Source: Vicugna vicugna
Lineage: Eukaryota
Direction: 5' to 3'
Assembly: GCA_013265495.1 (NCBI GenBank)
Contig: MU057487.1
Location: 1,054,001 to 1,118,000, forward strand
DNA length: 64,000 nt
The notes beneath the pieces were generated by a model. It worked only from the letters and a program-made list of their open reading frames with translations. It was not told the DNA's origin and did no database searches. This document shows, one piece after another, positions 25,750 through 39,795 of the stretch (positions are counted from its first letter, which is position 1; each line of letters starts with the position of its first letter). Both the position numbers and the translations under genes were made by a program.

Positions 25750-26850
25750 CAGCTTCAAATAACAGTGGATATCTTTTTAGGGTTTAAAATATCTAGCGAT
25801 TGGCAATTAGAAATGACAAAATAAGATAAATGTACCAATGATATTTTTAAAGCAGAGGGCATATTTATGAAGCCCAAAGAATGCTGCAGATACTTAGGTC
25901 TGAACCAAGGAGACAGGCAAGATAAGATCTCTAACATCAAGAAATTTGCAGTGTATTATTACAGGTAAAGCAAGAGTAAAGCCAAAGGAGCACAACTTGT
26001 AAAGGCTGCAGATTAGCTAAGGATGTGACAGTGAAGAGTAAAACAGTCACATCAAATTTCATGAAAGTGCTAAGAGATGCTTGAACTGAGTCCTAACAGG
26101 TGGCAGAGAGCAAAGGTAAGAGTTTCCAAGCAAGCACTTTATCATAAAACAAATCATGGGGAAAAGACAGAGCTTTATATGTTTGCAAGAACACAGGATC
26201 ACTGGGTGTGCAAAGCATTTTGCCAAATAGTGGGACCTAAAATTGTATATAAATCAGCAAGCTGGTAACTTGAGAAAATCTGTTTAGGAAAAAAATTGTC
26301 TATATCAAAATGCCATATGATTTGTGGATGGTGAAGATTACAGGCAGGAAAACTTGTAAGAGGTTGTAATAATCCATAAAGAATGTAATCATGAGGACAG
26401 AGGGTTTGGGCAGGGTGATTACAAGAGAAATAAAAAGGAAGAAGCAGAAATGAGAAAGGGTCTGAGGGAAGATGAGTAAGACATATTAACTGGCTGGATA
26501 TGGGGATATGTGTCTAAAGAGTTTAAGAAAAAAAAAGAATCCAAAGTTAAGTCTGGATGCTTGAAAAGAACCATGAGATCCAAGAGAAGTGGAGTCCAGG
26601 AGTATAGAGAATAGGCCAAGAAAAGGGGAGCCAGATAAAAATTACCCCAGACGGGTGAAGATAAGAGTATGCCTGTTGGGAACATGTAGGGACAGAGCTG
26701 TACATTTGGGTACCACTCGTCTTGAGGTTGCTAGGACTCATCAGAGTAGAAAGTGTCTAGAGAGCTGGAGGGCAAGACTTGATCTTGGAGATGCTCATAA
26801 TCAGATGACAATAGTCATGGGAGCCAATAGTGAGAGGGCTTTAAAAGGAG
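25750..26850 (-). mobile_element. Degenerate L2 segment
   Basis: gatgcttgaactgagtcct..gagattacaggcagg..taatcca..aactggctggatatgggg..gcctgttgggaacat..ttggagatgctcataat. Confidence 0.55.
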
Positions 26851-28149
26851 GGCAAGCATCTTTAAAATTAAGAATTTCTCAGAAACCATCTCTATGAATG
26901 CTCTACCTGTCTTCTGAACTACATCTATAATGGAAAGGGTAAGTTATGATTTATGCGATAAGTTTTTATAAAGTGTCCCTGTGTGCCAGACACAGCCTAG
27001 GCAGTAGGGAGAGAGAATAAGCCAATGAATTGGAAATGAGGACCTCAGTCTCTGCCTCCTACCCATTAGGAGTCACTGATGCTTGACAATGACAGCCCAC
27101 GCTCACCCAGTGCCAGAGAGAATCCAGACCAACGCAATTAGGATCAGAAAGGCAAGACCCAGACTCTATTTTGCTACGGGTAAGCTGATACCTGGTGTTT
27201 TGAAGTTGATACCTAGATATACCCACAGTCAGAACTCCCCCCACCATCTCCCATGTTTATTCCCATTGTATACTTTGACTGTAACCAGAACTGTTCCCCT
27301 CCGAGGACAGTGTAATTAGAAATATTGCTGAACTTCTCTGAACTCAGCCTCCCTAGAGGGGAGTTACCACCACTAAATTAGGTCCATCCTTTCCTAGATT
27401 CCTTATATTTCCTACATATAACCACCCAGGAGTTTTTAATGGATACTATTTTAAGAGGGATCTGAGAGTAGTAAAATTATGCTAAAATGTCTCCAATTTC
27501 ACATATATCTCAAGATACATACTCACTAACAATCTCAAAATAATCTTCACTCTTTCAATGAAAATGTAGCCAAAGCTTTAACTTTCTAATTGAAAACTGA
27601 GCAAGGCAGAAGGACTTTCTACCTTTACAGAGGTCCCCAGACATTGGAGTCAGTGAACTCCCAACCAGATAGCCCTAATAGAATTACATCTGTCTTCCAG
27701 CAGTGGTTTGTTTCTGTTTATCAGGGCTTACAATCTTCTGCTCCTTAGTAGCAATTGCTCTTTTTTGGTTTCATGTATTGTTTTTCCAAACTGAAAATGG
27801 GACAGAAATGTATAAGAAGAGATCGCAAAAGGCAAAAGAAAAAAAAAAATCCCAGGGCATCAAAAACCAAATTAGAAAAATTCTTTGCCTAGATGTAGTC
27901 AGAATTTAGCCTTGCATTAAGAGCTAAGATATATCCTCAAGCTGCAAATCAGATTGCAAAATTCAAATTCCATTTACTTAATCAGTAGCTTATAATATTA
28001 CAACAGCAATGAACATAGTTTCTGAAGACTAAGGAAGTAAAACATGAGGGCAATGATTTAGTTACAGAATTGTCTTCAAAACATTGACTTCTTCACTAAG
28101 TGAGTTTGTTTCTTCTGATTTTTAAGACTTACTCTGGACTCAAAAGAGA

Positions 28150-28620
28150 TTCAGTTCAATAAATATTTGTGCACTACCAGATATGTAAAGATACATACGG
28201 CTCCATACCTCTAACTTCTAGGCGTTCTAATTATAAGATTAGTTCAAAATCTTAGCACATCTGGGGCCAAGGCTGTCAGGAATCAAGACTGAAGAAGCAG
28301 AGAGGAATGTCAGGTTCAAGGGAGTAAACTTCACTCTGTGGTTGGAAGAAGGAGTAGACACTAAACTATTTAAAGCTGGAGCATGATGCGATTCAATTTG
28401 CATTTTAGACAGATCACTATGGTGACGATGGGTTGGAGGCAGGCCATTTGGGAGCAGGGAGAATGAGAGGGACCAGAACTGCAGCGGCAGCAGTGGCGAA
28501 ACGAAAACGGGGCTGCTCGGACAGACATATGATGAGCAGAATCTGACTAGATCTGGGTTGAACGGAGACAGAGGAATCTTTCTCCTCGGAGAGTTCTTCC
28601 AGGGCGCTCACCACATTCCT
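28150..28620 (-). mobile_element. L2 fragments
   Basis: ttcaataaatattt..ttttagacagatcact..gactagatctggg. Confidence 0.5.
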
Positions 28621-29449
28621 AACACTGAGGGTCCCACACAAAGGAGGCAAGTATCTCTCTGCCCAAGGCACTGCCCCTTTGCTGCTTCCTTATCAGGCTA
28701 GCTATATATTCTAAATCCTAAAGGCAGCCAGTGTTCTTTACGGTGAGCTGGGATGATCCAACCTGATCTTCACGTTTGTTCCTGTTGAATTTATTCTCAC
28801 TTTTTCTTCACTAAGCCTGATACAATGGAAATGACACAAAACTAGGGAAGTCTGGTGGTCTTGGGGTTTTAATAGTGGCTTTTTTGATAATGAGAGATGT
28901 GGCCGTGGGCGAATCACTTACCTTCTCTGAATCTCATTTTGTCTGTAAATTGGGGATTACCCCAGTTATAAATAAAATCCCTTCTAGACATGTCTGTTAT
29001 TTATTCCAAGTAATTCTGTTCTAGTCTATCAACCAGGGATTAGTGTGCATAGAAAATACCGATTAACCCCCAAAGAAGTTCAGATAGGTTATATACTAAA
29101 TGACTTCTTGAAAAGAAAAGTCCCTGAAGCACGATAGACAAAGAATAAAACACAGACTTCTCCAAATTAAAACAAAGACATCAAGAAAGCAAAATAATTC
29201 AGTGGGATTTGATTATTGGAAAAGTGCTGATCATGAATTAGAAATCTAAGTTTGTTAAGAAAACGACCCAATGAAATTAACTGTCTGGGACTGAAAACTA
29301 AGGAGAGGTTTCAGAGGTGGGCACCACTCTTAAACCAGTAAATATTTCCTAGCTGCCAGTTTAATTTCTAATTCCCACTGGCCATCTTGCAAACGGATTT
29401 TTTTAGTGAAGACTTGTTGTTTGTTTGGTTTTTTTAATTTGTTTTGTTT

Positions 29450-29928
29450 CGTTTAGTAGCCTTCTCTTCCTCTGAGAACAGCATCCCCACATTCTTTTGG
29501 GGACCTGCCTCTTTACCCACTCCAGATTCATGGTCTGGGGGTTGCTAGCTTACTCTGTAACCTTTATTCCCTTGTCAAAGTAATTTGACCATGTTTGGGT
29601 TTCTGATCTAACCTGACCACTATTTTTTAAGATATTTTCCTGTGGAACTGAGAGGTAGAATCCTTTCCTTCCTGATACTAAAACTAGAAAGATACAGCCT
29701 TAAATCTGTCAGTGGAAGAAGATGCTCTGCTGAGAAAAAAAAAAAAAAAAGGATGGGAGATGGAAAGAAAAAGAGTTCGGATGTCAGGCCCTAAGACCCC
29801 TGGCACTGCTCCTTGCCTTGTAAAAATTTCCTTAACTCTTCTTTTGATTCTTAAACCTAGATTTCCTGCCAAAACTAGCTCAAGTTGGATTTCTATATTT
29901 TGCAACCAAAAAGGTCCTGACTGATGTA
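29450..29928 (+). mobile_element. MLT1J/K-like MaLR LTR
   Basis: 3' end ctagctcaagttggatttcta..ttgcaaccaaaaaggtcctgactgat. Confidence 0.65.
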
Positions 29929-30061
29929 GCAATTTTCACCATAAGGAAGAAAAGTAGAAAGAAGTGGTTTAACTTATGTCATCATTATGACTGGAAAAAT
30001 AATTTAAGTGCCCAAATACTAGTAGCATGTCAGTGATATCATCTTTAGGTATGTCGAATAA

Positions 30062-30110
30062 CTATATCTATATCTATATCTATCTATTTATCTATCTATC
30101 TATCCATCTA
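30062..30110. repeat. (TATATC)n/(TATC)n microsatellite
   Basis: Direct reading. Confidence 0.9.
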
Positions 30111-30826
30111 CCCTCTGTAATACAGTACTTGCTGAGCCAAACAAACACAAGAGTGGTCCTTGCCAACAATTAAAATTTATACGGTTTGGGTTCTGTTGTT
30201 ACAGTTGTCATCAAAATGCAATAAGGTCTGAATCACTTGCAAAAACTTTATGAATTTCCTTTTTAGGTGCTGTGGATCTTCAGTAAAACATGTAGGAAAG
30301 GAAAATCCAAGTGATGTGCAAAGATTGATGCCCACATAGACTGCATCCTCAGAGACACTGTTAGGGACAATGTGTGAGGGAACATGTACCTACCCATCAC
30401 TGAAGGCCATCTGGACCATGTCAAAGAAATGCAGTAGGGTTCAACTGAAATGGCTGGTCTGTCCACCATTCAAGTTGATTCTGGGAACAAGAGAAATGAA
30501 AATTATTTTCCAGCTATAGGAAAAAAAATAGGCTCAAACAGCTGGCAAAAAAAGATAGGGGAAATAAAAATGAAAATAACTACAAATCACTTTTCATGAG
30601 AGTCACTTGCTAAACTTGAACAGCTGGGCCTTGAAAGGCTTGGGACAAATTCAACAAAGGAGTGTTAAATTCATTATGTTCTCACTTCTGCTCTGTGGTA
30701 AACCAGTTTGACAAAGATCATCTTCACAAATTGTTTTATTATCAGATCAAGTATGTGAATTGGGGGAAAGTCTCTTTCCTATCCTCTTGGGAAAGATAAA
30801 AGAAAAACTGTCTTAAGAAATGTGGA

Positions 30827-31087
30827 AAAATCTTTAAAAATGGCACAAATGAACTTATTTACAAAACAGAGACAGACTTGCAGACATAGAAAACAAACTT
30901 ATGGTTACCAGGCAAGGAGAGATGAGGGGAGGGATAAGTTGGGAGTTTGGGATTTGCAGATACTAACTACTATACATAAAATAGATAAACAACAAGGTCC
31001 TACTGTTTGGCACAGGGAACTATATATTCAATACCTTGTAATAGCCTATAATGAAAAAGAATATGAAATTCAGTAAAAAAAAAAAAA
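30827..31087 (+). mobile_element. Cetartiodactyl/camelid L1 3' UTR fragment with poly(A)
   Basis: acaaatgaacttatttacaaaacaga..gaaaacaaacttatggttacca..aaatagataaacaacaaggtcctactg..gcacagggaacta. Confidence 0.88.
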
Positions 31088-31199
31088 GATGGAAAAACAG
31101 ATTCAGGGACAAAGAATTAAGAATTTAAAGCAAGAGTCTTAATCTTTTTGTTCCATAGATCCCTTTGGCAATTTTGTGAATCTTATGGGCCTTTTTTTA

Positions 31200-32060
31200 T
31201 CTTAATAAAGAACATAATCATTCCCCAGTTTCCTAGGTCAAATATTCAGAATCCTTTATTTCCTTTAACCACAAACTCAAAAATAAGCTGTCAACAAATT
31301 GTTAGTTCTACCTCCTTTGCCCATGCTTTCATCCTAGTCAAACCTACTGCTGTGAGTTACTGCAAAGTCCCACTAACACACTGCATCTACCCACCCTCTG
31401 CCTCATACTCCAATCTAAATATGATAGGAAAAACCTGTTCTTTAAAAATTCTAATCATGTTAGTTCACTCCCTGCATAAAACACTCCGATGACTGCACAA
31501 TTTAATTTGAATGAAAGCACAACATCTTTGAGACCCGACATAATCTGAACTCTGAACCAGTGAATTAATAATGATAGCTAACATTTATTGAACACCTATA
31601 CACCCCAAGCCCTGGTGTAAATTGTTTTTTATGTCTTGTTTTACATTTTTCAATAATTCCATGAGTTGTGTATTGTTATTTACACCTACTTTAAAGATGC
31701 AGAACTCAAGACACAGATAGGCTAGGTAATTTGTGCAAAGCCAAATAAATAATAAATGGCGGGTCTGCTATTTAAACCCAGGCTCTAGAGGGTAGGGTCA
31801 AAAAAAAAAAATCCAGAGTGTAGATTCTTAAACACAACACCATTTCACATCTCACCTCCTCCCATTCCCCTGCCTCTAGTAACACTGTGCTCCAACCCCA
31901 CGTCTTTCTGTTCTTTGAATACACTGAGCTAGTTTGACACTCAAGGATTTGCATGTGCTGTTCTCTTCTCTGGAATATTCTTCCCTCAGATCTTCATATG
32001 GTTGACTCTGTCTTAGTACTCAGAACTCAGCTTATAACAGGCACTGACAGTTGCCTATCC
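31200..32060 (+). mobile_element. L2 fragment split by a MIR
   Basis: aatcatgttagttcactccctgcataaaacactccgatgact; ctttctgttctttgaatacac..tttgcatgtgctgttctcttctctggaatattcttccctcagatcttca. Confidence 0.7.
31563..31790 (-). mobile_element. MIR SINE
   Basis: taatgatagctaacatttattgaacaccta..ttttaaagatgcagaactcaagacacagataggctaggtaatttg..tttaaacccagg. Confidence 0.8.
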
Positions 32061-32399
32061 AAATCTATCCAAATCTCAAATGCGAAGTAATCACCCTCCA
32101 AATTAGAACATGATAGTAGGAGGACTTGTCTTACTCAAAAGAAACAGATTTTTAGGAGAAGTGGAGTAGTCCTAAAGGTCAAGAGGGTTAATGTCTGCAT
32201 ATAAGTCTTCATTTCCCAAAGAGAGAAGCACATTGGAGAACACTGAGTAAATGATAACAATAATGGTGGCCATTCTGGATCATCCATCGTGGTGCAGGAA
32301 CTAGATGTGAACAAGACAGGTGAAGTTCCTGTCCTCAACAGCAGTGAAAGAAGACTTCAGTGATCCATGAATAGGGCCACACATCTTATTTGGCTAAAA

Positions 32400-34330
32400 G
32401 ACAACCATATAACACATGCTTGAATATCGTTAATGAAATTTAATCTCTAAAACAGCAAGGGAACAACTGGAGGAAATGACCATTTGGACCTAGTTCTGAC
32501 AACAAGAATTGATTGGTTAAGTCAAAGTGGTATGAACTTTGAAAGAAAGTGACCATATTATCTTGAATTTTATTTTTTCAAAGGACAGCATGAATTGTAC
32601 ACTTTATGTGAATGTCTTCTAAATGTTTAGAGAAAAGATATGCATTATTCATGGCATGAGACTCCTAAAGAGATTATGACTCAAAAGTATTATGATGTTC
32701 TCAAAAATGCAATTTTGAGTGCAATTGCAAATGATAAAATAAGGAGAAAAGCAGAGAGAAAACTAAAAAAAAAATGTAGCTACAGATATTTTTAAAAGAA
32801 AAAACTACAATTGAAAAGTTATCCATATCGATCTTATTCATCATCTTGGTAAATGCAGTGCCAAGAACATAGCAATTAGTCAAAAAGTATTGTCAAATGA
32901 ATAAATGAATGAAAAAATGAACACTGAATATGAGAATGGTAGGGCCAGACAGACTCATATCAGAGGGATTAAGGTCGCAAATCAGCTGAGATTTGAGAAA
33001 AAAATTAAAATACCAAAGTAACTTATAGTTTTATTTAGAGTAAGAGAAGGCCATAAGTTTGAGCTAATGATATAATAATGACACAATGTTTTTCAACCTC
33101 CAACACTCAGACGAAACACTATTAGGAAGAAACTGAAGCCCAGTAAGACTTTCTTGATCAGCACCTAAATGAATGCATATCTGCTGATAATGATGAATTT
33201 CAAACCACATTATGAACATAATTTGCAATTGAGATCTCTGGGTACATAGAGCAGTATCAGAAGATTAGGAATAGATGAAGGAGCCAAAACAGTGAATTTC
33301 AAAATCTGCAGAGAGGTTGATTCTTTGTGGTTGATTCCTGGTGCATTCTGAATGACATCAAAACAGCAAATACTACCACATTTCCTCCTCTGACACCACT
33401 ATTAATCTGATAGACCATTATTAACCTGCTAGATCATCCAGGTTTACACGAGAGGGTTCGCATTCTTCATGATTTGATCAGAATGTCTTTGAGACAATCA
33501 GGTATAATAAGACTTGGATACTAGTTTAATTTGGTGATTACCCATTGGCTACATTGAGATACACTTATATCCCATTGGTGAGGTGACTCCCTTGGTCACC
33601 TTAGCCAATGACTCTAACACCATTCCCCCCACCTACATTTTATATCTCTGTCCTGGTTTATTTTTCTTTCCCAAACACTTATCACTCTCTAAGCTACTTT
33701 ATTTATCTCATATATTTTCTGTCTTCCTCACTTAAATGTAAGTTCCACGAGAGCAAGTATTTTAATCTATTGTGTTCACTGTTTTATCCTCAATATCAAG
33801 GACAGTGCCCAGTGCTTAGTAAGTACTCAGTAAATATTTTCTTGACTGATGAATGAATACATGAATGACCCTTGAAAAATTATGTCTTGAGTGTGACCAT
33901 GAAGAATACAGGCACACTGAGTTTTGGGTGGATCAATGACAGAACTTCAAATCATGTCGCACAAAGAATGAAAGAAAAAAGTATTTTTAGTCTAGGGAAG
34001 AGGAGACATGTGGGAGTGGGAAGAGGAGGATGGAATTTGGTTTCACATGGTAGAACGCTTCAAATATTTCAGGGCTCTATTATGAAAAGGAACTATCCTA
34101 CTCCGTTTCTATTTCTAAATGATCAACTGGTGTAAATAAATGAAAGTTACAGGCAGATTTCAACTCTCCTATATATATTCCAGGCTTTCAACTCTGTTAT
34201 ACATAGTCCTAACTGCCACTGAAGGAGCATGTTTCTCCTAAATCTTGAAGGTTTAAAATGAATGAAAAACTAATAGGGGCGATGATCAGACTAGATAATT
34301 TTAATATTATGCCAGACTAGGATATTTTTA
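32400..34330 (+). mobile_element. Fragmented L3/CR1 LINE fossil, interrupted by L2 pieces
   Basis: 32470-32570 translates (with frameshifts) to LDLVLT...VKV..TL..SDH..(L)EF, typical of the CR1 endonuclease; 33960-34330 resembles the CR1 3' region (tttagtctagggaagaggagac..ttcaaatatttcagggct). Confidence 0.6.
33600..33868 (+). mobile_element. L2a 3' end
   Basis: aatgtaagttccacgagagcaag..tgttcactg..acagtgcccagtgcttagtaagtactcagtaaatatttt..tgaatgaat. Confidence 0.85.
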
Positions 34331-34593
34331 TTCCGTGAATGAAATCATATAGCTTTCCTGTACTTAATGTACCATTTGGGCAAATGGAAACAGAATTTAT
34401 TTACAAATGAAGGATAGGAATTAAACTCAATAGTTGCAAATACGAATCTGACTTGGTAATTTTTCCAGCTTTCTAAATCAGTTGCAAAAGTTTTAAGACC
34501 TGTAAGTGCTCCATTATATGAAAAATATTTCCCAATTTCTCTCTGTTTTTGATACTAATTTTCTGTGCCCCTTCTTCCTCTTCTTTTTTCTCA

Positions 34594-34636
34594 ACACACA
34601 TACACACACACACACACACACTCTCTCTCTCTCTCT
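34594..34636. repeat. Compound (CA)n(CT)n microsatellite
   Basis: Direct reading. Confidence 0.95.
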
Positions 34637-36559
34637 AGTTCTAATCATTATAAAGACTACTGACTCATATTTCTAAAACTCCCTCAATCTTTTCCCAGAT
34701 TTAAGTTAAAAACAGAAGCTAAAGGGTGCTGCTGGAACATCTCCTCTTGATATACAAAAAAAAAAAAATAGACTCGAAAAAGTAGTAAGTATTCTAACTT
34801 CCTTTCAACAGCTGAGATTCCATGCTACCACCCTTTCTGTCAATGGAATAGGAACCACCTGTGTCCTGAAGTAAATTCTGTGTCTCAAGGGCAGAGACCA
34901 TGAGAATCCTTTACATCTTCCCACAGGATCAAGTATAATGCATCAGTTAAGGTAACTTGTACTCAATAAATGTTGAGTGTCAAATACATAGTTTCCTAAA
35001 AACTTGGCAGAAAGTACTTTTGAAGAATCTGTCTCTATCCTAGCTTCCTTATTTTTGAAGGTTCCAAAGGACTTTTATAAAGGGACAGAAAAGATAATTT
35101 AAATAAACCAAAATGTTAATAAACGTGCTACGAATGAATCCCATAGGATTAGAACTGTCCTACTCATTTAGATTGCTTTTAATAGATGTGACTTTTCTAA
35201 TTTTCTTGATTACAGTTCCATATGTAACACATTCATCAGTTTTGGTCATCTTTTTCCCTTCCAATCTAGATAAAATGGGACTAATCCCCATTCCACATCC
35301 TATTGAAAGTTTAATGCAAGCCTTAAGAAGAAGGTAAGGCGGAGACGTGTGTTTGGGATGAGTAGGGGGTAGGTTCTTACGTTACCTCCAAACTCATCTA
35401 CCTCTAAACTCTTACTTCTACTAGATTAGCTCAGCTTGTGGTTCACCACACAGTCTCCACCAACTGCCAGGTTCTACCTTATACTGTCCCATGAGTAATT
35501 TAGCCCTTTTCCTTTATTTCCACAAAAGAAGAAGGAGGAGGAGGAGGAGGAGAAGAAGAAAGAAACAAAAAGAAGCATTTGAATATCCTTTTATGTAAAG
35601 CAGACTTCCAGAATTTTTTGAAATAATAGGGGGAGTTTTTACCAGATAAAGACACACACATATACCTCAAAACTGAATGTTAGACATCTCTCTTCTCCAA
35701 ATGCCCCTTTCTACTAAGTGCGTCCCAATTTTTTTTAAAAAATACTATATGTTTCCCCTCTTTTTCTTTCACCCACAAATTCTTTCTTATTTCTTAAAAA
35801 GAGCAGTATGGCAATGTTAACATTTATTAGAAATCCAGAAAAAATATCTTAGCATCATCTTTAATATTTCCTTTTCTTCCACCCCCCACAATTATTGTCC
35901 CCAGATCTATTTTTGTTCTTCAGACATCATTCAGAGTGAACTTTTCTTTCCTGCTACCTGTTCTCTAGTCCAAATCTACAAATATGCCATAGCTCCTCTC
36001 TGTCCCCCTGCAATGTACTACCCGACCAAATGCATGAAAATATATCTGTTCAGAGCCCATTCTTAAAACTTTGTTGGCAATTCCTAACTTCCCACTCAGA
36101 GATTTAAAAGGCCTCTCATACCTAGATCAACTCTATTTTTCTAGGTTAATTTCCTAATACAACCCTCACAATTCACAGAAAGTATCACCACTGCCTATGC
36201 TATCTTGCCTTTGTTCTTGATATATTCACATTCTACGGCAGTTCCCTGTATCTCCTTTGTTTATTTAAATGCTACATAAGTTTGAAGGGCCCCTCCTAAT
36301 CCTACCCTCATTTTGTAGATTTCAAGCCTAAACTTCTCTCTCTTTTTATCAAGTAACTGTTTAGACAATAACACACAGTTAAGAACCCAATTGCTTCAAT
36401 TATTTTTATTTATTTGCTTTTATGTTTGTTTCTAAAATTTGACTTGAACTCACAGGAATAGGAGGGACTCTAATTTATGTGTATTGTGTCCTATCCCACA
36501 GTCAAGGCCAAGTCTGGACTTACAGAAGCTATTTTGGTTTATTGAACAGGATGACAGCT

Positions 36560-36722
36560 AAGAACTTAGGCTGTGGATAGCCACCACTTACTTGCTGTGA
36601 GATATCAAGGCAAATTTTTAAATTTCTCTAGGCTTTTGTTTGTAAATGTGAATGACAGATGTCACTATGAAGATTAAGTGATATAAAGTATATAAAGCAC
36701 TGAGCATAATGTCTTTGGCATC
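36560..36722 (+). mobile_element. MIR SINE
   Basis: caccacttacttgctgtgagat..ggcaaatt..tatgaagattaagtga..tataaagcactgagcataatgtc. Confidence 0.7.
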
Positions 36723-36744
36723 TTAGGCTGGCCATTTTTAAAGA

Positions 36745-36830
36745 TCAATCAGAAAGAGAATTTCAGGTCATCTACTCCAACACCTCCATTTCACAAATAA
36801 GAAAATTAAGTTCTGAGAGATTAATTAAAG
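36745..36830 (-). mobile_element. MIR/MIR3 core fragment
   Basis: aggtcatctactccaacacctccatttcacaaataagaaaattaagttctgagaga. Confidence 0.65.
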
Positions 36831-38140
36831 TGAAAGACTAGATCCTTCTCTTAGGAGAAGCAGCTGGTAGCTTTCCCAAGGTACTTATTATCTTGGGGCT
36901 GACCAAGGACCCAAATTCCTGACTCTTGGCCCATTGCTCTCTCTGCAACGTTCCGATGCCACCAGAATTAATTTGGAAGTTGAGAAACCTTCAAGTGATT
37001 GACAAAATTCCAAATCAGTGGTTGCACTTTGGGTATTATGAAAGATTCTAGAGGATGGCTTTTAAGATGGCTTTAGATCATTCTGATAACAAATTCATTT
37101 AGAAACCAATAAAGAATTAAAAGATGTTATCTGTGATTCTAAACAATAAAGGACACAACTGAATCATTTTTCTCCTTTAGAATAAAACAAAATGGATTTT
37201 AATGTTTACCCTCTCAATGCTCTTATACCTCCAAAATCCCATCATAAGTTTTTAAAAGTATGTGTGTGTGTGTTTTAATAAACCAACGCAAGTGTGTGCA
37301 CATGAGTATATGCATTTGCTTGCTGAGTGGGGAAGAGAAATCTACATCACCTACTGGACTGGTTACTACATTGACATCCTGACTCTTGATAACCACAGAA
37401 CTGAAGAGGCTCCACAAAGAAGACCGGGGGAATCCAGACAATGTCAATTAGAGAAGCCCCTGTAGCTCTCCTCTTTTCTAGAAAAATTTTAGCGACAGTG
37501 GGTGACTTCAAGAGACCATCAAGTTGCCATTTCTCCTACGGCACATCTGTAATGGTTAAGCCTCACCAGTCAGTGCTGTCTATATCCCGCTACATCACCC
37601 ATGTCATCTTGGACCAGTCCTCTTTCTTCCCACCTACACACACGCCTCCCCTGCCACCACACACACACATACACAGACTTAGAAACCTTAGGGATATCCA
37701 CTCTGCCTGTAGAAACTACAAGAATGGTTGTTAGAGCAGAGTCTCACTGGGAGTCTGACTCACTTTGGGGGAATTCCAAAGGAGCAGAAACAAAACTTGT
37801 ATCTTCTGTGCTCAGACCTACAAGGAAATTTTAGAAACTAACTAGCATTTGCCAAATACTTTCCATGTTCCGTCTACTCTTCTAGGGAATCTAACATGGA
37901 CCATACTCTTTTTTTGTCATATTGACAACTCTATGACTAACTCCTACCATAGGACCTGGTAGATACTCAAAAAATATTTAGCAAGTGATTTCCAAATGAA
38001 CTTGCCCAAGGTCCCACAGTAAGTGGCAAAACCAGAAATCAAACTAAGATATGACTAACTCCAAAGAATATACTCTTTAGCCAGTAAACTATACCATTTT
38101 CAATCCTACACATACATCCCCTAAGAATCTGTAACCTTCT

Positions 38141-38538
38141 TGTTATGAACTGAATGACTGTGCCCCCTCCTGCAAAGTCATATATTGAAGCCCTAATCTC
38201 CCAGGTGGCTGGACTTGGAGATGGGGCCTTCAAGCAATTAATTAAAGTTAAATGAGCTCAGAAGGATGGGGCTTTGAAGCAATTGGATTAGTGTCCTTAA
38301 AGAAAAGAGCCCAGAGAGCTCTCTCTCTTCCTGCATGCGTGCACTGAGGAAAGGCCACATGAGAACACAACGTGAAAGCAAGCAACCTAAAAGTCAGAAA
38401 GAGAATCTTCACCAGAAACCAAATCAGCTGGAACCTTGATCTTGGTCTTCTAGCCTCTAGAAGTGTGAGAAATAAATTCGTTGTTTAAGCCACTCAATCT
38501 TTGGCATTTTCTTTTAGCAGTCTGAGTGGACTAACACA
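38141..38538 (+). mobile_element. MLT1A/B MaLR solo LTR with 5-bp TSD
   Basis: tgttatgaactgaatg...gactaacaca; identical CTTCT at 38136-38140 and 38539-38543. Confidence 0.92.
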
Positions 38539-39679
38539 CTTCTGATACCTAAAATTCTCCAGCTCTGAGCCTTATATGACTCTTATGCCTTGAGTTATTC
38601 TTGGGCACAACAGGATATATGCCACAAGGAAAGCAAATGTGTGTCATATGAAAAGTATAGAAAACAAAAGACCATCACTCATTTTAATATATAATTGTAT
38701 GCAGAACCCCAGCATATTCAAAGAAAAGAAAGCTATGTTTTTTCTGTCAAGTTCTACTCATACCACCTCCCACCCCACCCCTAAAAGATGAAATTTTAAA
38801 TGTGAAGGAAAGGCAGGTAGATCATGACAAAATATTCAGTGTTATTATACATTTAAAGCAGTTATTAAAAACATATTGGTGGAGGAATGATTCATAATTT
38901 GGATAAGTGTCAAATTAGCAGTATTATTTTTACCCCAAGCCTTCTTCTTGATTTATATTTTTTTTCATAGTAGACAACAGAATCTACAAAGAAATATTTA
39001 TAGCTACATAGCAAAGTGTGGAATTGATCTAAAGACCAAAGCTCTGTTACAATCCTGCAGTCTCCCACTCTGGAACTTAGGAACCTTGGACAGCTCTAGA
39101 ATCCATCCAGGGCTCCTGAACAGTACACTCATGGCTGCTCTAACGTTCAGAGTAGGAAAACAGGATGGGGTCAGATTCCTCTGAGAGCCTTTCAGAACAG
39201 CCTCCACTTCAGTAAAATTATTTGAAGGGCATATATAATAATTTGGCACTATTGTGGAAAAATTGTTTGTGGTCTGCTGGTGTGAGCCATTGCACAGCCA
39301 GTTCCATGGATACTGGGCTCAAAATTATTTACCACAATGTCCCCAAGGCCTTACTTACAGTAGAAACTTAGTAAATCATACTTCCCTGCATCAATAATAC
39401 AATAACAATTAGACAAATGCAGACAAGAAATCTGTACTCGCCTCGAAAACTCTTCTAAATATTGAAGAACATGACAGTCTGAAATTAGGATCTCACTGAA
39501 CTGTTTCATCAGGCAGACCTAGTTTTGTTATTTAAAAAGCTACCTCCCACATGTATCTGAAACTTATTTATTCCTCCCCCAAATTGTTGGCTGGCCATAA
39601 TATAGTCATCACGGTAATGCAGAATGGATCTCGCTCATAGGCACCCTCCTGAAGCATATTCACTAAATGGTCACAAGGA

Positions 39680-39795
39680 ATGTTAGAGATGAGGAGTGAC
39701 AGATAACCATTCGGTTCAACTCTGTCATTTCAGAGATGAGAAAACTGAAGTCCAGAGAGTTCAAATAATTTACCAAAAGTCACACGGGTAAGTGC
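39680..39795 (-). mobile_element. MIR core fragment
   Basis: tcatttcagagatgagaaaactgaagtccagagagttcaaataatttaccaaaagtcacacgg. Confidence 0.75.

Noticed and set aside
34150..34208. Short degenerate tandem duplication (similar ones near 2845, 4290, 32055 and 58600)
   Set aside because: Ordinary slippage products with no higher-order array.
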